Part shown: one piece after another, positions 8,505 to 12,866 of the stretch
Layout of the letters: the number at the start of each line of letters is the position of its first letter
Numbering within the stretch: the stretch's first letter is position 1
NCBI RefSeq assembly: GCF_006345805.1
Contig: NW_021826392.1
Location: forward strand, 1-12,866
Source of the DNA: Octopus sinensis
Taxonomy: Eukaryota
Length of the DNA stretch: 12,866 nucleotides
Reading direction: 5' to 3'
Notes under the pieces: model-generated
Database searches by the model: none
The model's input: the letters and a program-made list of their open reading frames with translations, nothing else
Told to the model about the DNA's origin: nothing
Translations under genes and position numbers: made by a program

Positions 8505-9020
8505 TGGTGGTGGTGGTGGTTGTGGTGATATTCATACACCGTACCCCTATAAAACTACAACACCACCATCATCCGCAACCCCATCCCCGCACACACACAC
8601 ACACACCACACACCACACCACCACCATGTCACTCCTAAGCACCACGCCACCACAGGAGTGCACTACCATGCTGTCACACCAGACACACCACCGTCACTAC
8701 ACCGCAGCTACGTAGGCCGTACCACATCACCCGTCTAACCACACCGCCGCCGCCACCACCACGCCACCACCATGCTGCCACCACCACGCCACCACCATGC
8801 CGCCACGATGCCATGTTTCGTCGCCGCCACACCGCCACCACCATAACCACCACCACCATAACCACCACCACCACCACAGCCAGCAATGCTTCCATGTCTC
8901 AATCACAGATATATATTGCCATCTTCACAACCATACCCACTACCACCATCGCCAACGATACCATGTTCTACCAATGCCATCGCCACTGCTGCCAACAACA
9001 ACAATAACAACAACAACAAC
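8505..9020. repeat. Degenerate (CCA/CAC)n-rich array
   Basis: Direct reading; includes repeated CGCCACCACCATGC units. Confidence 0.9.
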
Positions 9021-9159
9021 CCTGCCGTGTCTTAACCGCCATGTTGATAGTAGGAGGTCAAACGGGGTTAACGTTATCGTTTCTCCAAGGTCGAGGTCAT
9101 TGGTCGTACGATGTAAAAGATGAATTAAAATGCATCTGTTAATGGAGACAGAATGCTGA

Positions 9160-9194
<35 letters not shown>

Positions 9195-9717
9195 TGTGTG
9201 TTTAATACGTAAATGTGTGTGTGTGGAGGTGGGGTGGAATACGCATAGAATACGTAGGTGTGTGAGTGGGGGGAAGGGATTACGTACGCAATACGTATAT
9301 TTGTGTGTGTAATTATGTGTATATATGCATAGGTATATGCATATATATATATATATATCATATATATATATTTATATATGCATACGTATACAATTATATA
9401 TATGTATATGCATATATTCTTGTATGTATGTATGTATGTATGTATATATGTATGTATGCGCATATATACATATATGTACAGAAGTGCGTATATATATATG
9501 TATACATATATGTATATATGCGCGTATATGTATATTATATATATACGTACATAATATATATATCCATGCATACATATATATATATACATATGAATATATG
9601 TCTATGTATGTATATATACGTATGTATGTAAATGTGTATAAATATATGTACGTATATTATGTACCTGCTTGGTGTGTGAATGTGTGTGTATATGTATATA
9701 TATGTGTGTTTGTGTGT

Positions 9718-9750
<33 letters not shown>
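9160..9750. repeat. (TG)n/(TA)n/(TATG)n block
   Basis: Direct reading. Confidence 0.93.
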
Positions 9751-9756
<6 letters not shown>

Positions 9757-9932
9757 TGTAGGGATGTGCCTGTGCTATTCATTTCGGATGCTTGTGTATT
9801 GTGTCGATTTGAAAGACAAAGAAAGGCGAAGAAAAGAAGCGGGTGGGGTGTTAACAGATTACATTTGTCTTTATTCGGAGAACATTAATCTGACAGCATG
9901 TATGTGTGTGTGTGTGTATTAAATCACTTTCT

Positions 9933-10127
9933 GTCTATCTAGTTATCTATCTATCTATCCATCTATCTATCTATCCATTTATGTGTCTGTCTATGTATCT
10001 GTCTGTCTATCTATCTATCTGTCTGTCTATCAATTTATCTATCAGGTAGGTAGATAGTTAGATAGATAGATTGACAGACAGACACATAGATAGATAGATG
10101 GATAGATGGATAGTAGGATATAGATTA

Positions 10128-10215
<88 letters not shown>

Positions 10216-10256
10216 ATGGATGGATAGATAGATAGTCGGATATGGGTAGATAGACG
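9933..10256. repeat. (TATC/TGTC)n immediately followed by inverted (GATA/GACA)n
   Basis: Polarity switch at ~10044. Confidence 0.95.
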
Positions 10257-10627
10257 CACACAAATATCTAATAGTGTCTCATGAGTGTCAACCAGAAACA
10301 ATCGGATGAAATTTTTAACTTCGCAGACATTACCTTGCAATATGGAGACAAAATCTTCACGTATCGGCGTTTAATACCTAAAACTATACGTGAGATATCT
10401 CCAATAACGTGTTGCAATAAAGCCGGTCTACCTATTAGGGTCACATGATCTGATTATGCCGCAGTGTCCATACATTATATATATATATGTGTGTGTGTTT
10501 TAGACATTTGCATTGATATATTTTGTACTTGCGTTCCTCAAGTGTCAGTGATGTTCTCATTCAAGTACACATTGAAAGCCTCTTTAATGAGGCTTTGAAT
10601 GTGTCCTTGAAGTGCATTTGCTATCAA

Positions 10628-10696
10628 CACGCACACACTCACACACGCACACACACACACACACACACCACACACACACACACTCACACACACACA
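10628..10696. repeat. (CA)n microsatellite
   Basis: Direct reading. Confidence 0.95.
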
Positions 10697-10973
10697 TTGA
10701 ACAAGCTGATTAAGCGAAACTGGAAGTTCTAATCAACTCAGAGTTGATTAATACATTTGACTTTAGAATCCAGTCACCAGTAGATGCTCTTGTATTCTTA
10801 TAAACTGATCGACAATGCCAATTGCTGCAATTTATACAAATATGCTTGGGAGGCAAGACGTTTGTTTCACAACCGCAATGGTTCCGGATGCAGTTTGTCT
10901 GCGCGTCATACGTGAGATATGCAGGGATACTGCATCTGCAGTTCCATTATTTAAGCAGAATGGTATGAATATA

Positions 10974-11206
10974 TATTTCTTTACTACCCACAAGGGGCTA
11001 AACACAGAGGAGACAAACAAGGACAGACAAAGGGATTAAGTCGATTACATCGACCCCAGTGCGTAACTGGTACTTAATTTATCGACCCCGGAAGGATGAA
11101 AGGCAAAGTCGACCTCGGCGGAATTTGAACTCGGAACGTAACGGCAGACGAAATACGGCAACGCATTTCGCCCGGCGTGCTAACGTTTCTGCCAGCTCGC
11201 CGCCTT
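10974..11206 (-). mobile_element. Full-length young CORE-SINE, tail type 2, with 16-bp TSD
   Basis: Minus strand reads GGCGGCGAGCTGGCAGAAACGTTAGC...GAGTTCAAATTCC...core...GTGGGTAGTAAAGAAATA; TSD GAATGGTATGAATATA at 10958-10973 and 11214-11229. Confidence 0.96.
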
Positions 11207-11689
11207 CTGGTATGAATGGTATGAATATAAGTTTCCTGTACCTTGTGTGTAAGTTCCCATAGTATTTAAAATTGGTCATTCCAAGCATAGTGTTTGTAAA
11301 CGGTGTTATTATTAACACACGCACACGCACATAACGATGCATGGAAAAGCATTAGTGAGCATGTGTGTATGTGTGTGTAGTGTTTGTGTGCGTTCGCTTC
11401 TATAAATAGCACTCACTCGATTACCCTTGATAATTTCCAGTCTTGTAGACTAATCAGTCATATATCATTTGTCAGACAAAATTCATACATCATCTGTTAG
11501 TCACAGCATTGCGAAGACTAGTTAATGACGTCATATCATCTGTTCGCCATATTCGTATATGATTCCGTTGTGTGATTACGACAAACTAGAGTTTAACGGG
11601 CAAAGAGATTCCCTAACTGTATCGTTATTGTCATCATCAGTCGGATGGTGCGATGGCAGAATCGTTAGAGCGCCGGATCGGAAATATTT

Positions 11690-11861
11690 ATTTTTTTCAT
11701 TGCCCACGAGGGGCTAAACATAGAGGGGACAAACAAGGACAGACAAACGGATTAAGTCGATTATACCCACCCCAGTGCGTAACTGGTACTTATTTAATCG
11801 ACCCCGAAAGGATGAAGGGCAAAGTCGACCTCGGCGAAATTTGAACTCAGAACGTAACGGC
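11690..11861 (-). mobile_element. 5'-truncated CORE-SINE, tail type 2 (3' module of composite insertion)
   Basis: Tail TTGCCCACGAGGGGCTAAAC, core, B-box; truncated at AACGTAACGGC. Confidence 0.93.
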
Positions 11862-11922
11862 CACGATGCCATGTTTCGTCGCCGCCACACCGCCACCACC
11901 GCCACCACCACCACCACCACCA

Positions 11923-12153
11923 CCTATTTCTTTACTGCCCACAAGGGGCTAAACATAGAGGGGACAAACAAGGACAGACAAACGAATTAAGTCGATTACA
12001 TCGACCCCTAGTGCGTAACTTAATTTATCGACCCTGAAAGGATGAAAACCAAAGTCGACCTCGGTGGAATTTGCACTCAGAACGTAACGGCAGACGAAAT
12101 ACCGCTAAGCATTTCGCCCGGCGTGCTAACGTTTCTGCCAGCTCGCCGTCCTT
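11923..12153 (-). mobile_element. Full-length CORE-SINE, tail type 2 (5' module of composite insertion)
   Basis: CCTATTTCTTTACTGCCCAC tail through GTTTCTGCCAGCTCGCC head. Confidence 0.95.
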
Positions 12154-12505
12154 CGGATCTGAAATATTTCAAACCCTACCAATATCAAATTTGCTTTTTC
12201 TTTCTTCAGGATCGATCAAATAAAGTACGACTAAAATACCGAGGTCGACGACATACCCCTCCCCTCAAAATTTTTGGCCTTCTGCTTAAATCAGGGGCAA
12301 TTATAATCATTATCATTAATGGGTGGTTACACTGGGTGGAGTATCGGGGTAGAGGATGAACAGTGGGTGGAGTATCGGCGTGGCACAATGGCAAAGTTTG
12401 TAATATATTCGCATACCTCATTCACCAAATTCTGTGTGTTTGTATCCATGTTTGAAACAGTTTGTAAACAACTTCTCTTTCATGGTTTTTATTGAAGCGT
12501 TAAAC

Positions 12506-12620
12506 AGGCAGAATCTTTAGCGCGCCGGACGAAATGCTCAGAGACATTTCTTCCGGCTTTACGTCATAAATTCAAGTTCCACCCCATCAGAACGACTTTG
12601 TCTTCCATTCTTTTTGGATC
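12506..12620 (+). mobile_element. Old CORE-SINE head/core fragment
   Basis: GGCAGAATCTTTAGCGCGCCGGACGAAATGC...TTCAAGTTCC...CGACTTTGTCTTCCATTC. Confidence 0.75.
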
Positions 12621-12639
12621 TTTTTGTAGTCACTGTTGT

Positions 12640-12866
12640 TGTTCTTGTTGTTATTGTTGTTGTTCTTCCTCTCCTTCTTCTCCTACTTCCTCTCCTTCTT
12701 CTTCTTCCTCCCCTTCTTCTCCTTTTTTCTTCTTTTTCTTCTTCTTCTTCTTCCTCTCCTTCTTCTCTTTCTTCTCTTTCTTCTCCTTCATCCTCTCCTC
12801 CTCCTCCTTCTTCCTCTCCTTCTTCTCCTACTTCCTCTCCTTCTTCTTCTTCCTCCCCTTCTTCTC
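12640..12866. repeat. (GTT)n then (CTT/CCT)n polypyrimidine tract, running off the window
   Basis: Direct reading; contains an exact 56-bp internal duplication (12666-12721 = 12811-12866). Confidence 0.95.

Larger units (their letters stand above)
11647..12300 (+). mobile_element. Older CORE-SINE (tail type 1) split by the insertion at 11690-12153
   Basis: Head GGTGCGATGGCAGAATCGTTAGAGCGCCGG (11647-11676). Diverged body and tail resume at 12154 (TTCAAACCC...AATTTGCTTTTTC...GATCGATCAAATAAAGTAC...CCCCTCCCCTCAAAATTTTTGGCCTT). Confidence 0.7.

Noticed and set aside
10262-10440. Faint Helitron-like motifs (TCAACC...GATGAAATTT; GCAATAAAGCCGG...TATTAG)
   Set aside because: Too diverged; no CTAG terminus or clear hairpin.
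11527-11534. CRE palindrome TGACGTCA (also near 4233-4240)
   Set aside because: An 8-mer without promoter context; the second lies inside a (CAT)n array.
10974-12153. Repeat-spacer-repeat layout superficially like a CRISPR array; ORFs such as MRNWYLIYRPRKDERQSRPRR recurring
   Set aside because: Repeats are ~200-bp SINEs in a eukaryotic context; the recurring ORFs are SINE translations.

Overview
Animal, repeat-saturated intronic or intergenic DNA. No protein-coding gene can be supported: almost all listed ORFs are translations of microsatellites or SINEs. The dominant interspersed repeat is a tRNA-derived CORE-type SINE that I recognise from memory as the Octopus OR1/OR2 type, so the source is very probably an octopus (inference). 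About 12 copies or fragments are present, with two alternative 3' tails. The window also holds a non-autonomous Helitron, a MITE-like 85-bp inverted repeat, a ~500-bp non-LTR-like element in an (ATT)n tract, and many simple repeats. Three features stand out. (1) A ~180-bp element in (TA)n carries a minimal type-I hammerhead-ribozyme fold of the Penelope/retrozyme kind, with a palindromic stem III and a variant core (5181-5216). (2) A TSD-bounded tripartite insertion (SINE + 41 bp identical to a site 3 kb upstream + SINE) is nested in an older SINE (11690-12153). (3) Several long dsRNA-forming structures occur, including a pre-miRNA-sized hairpin at 10560-10611.
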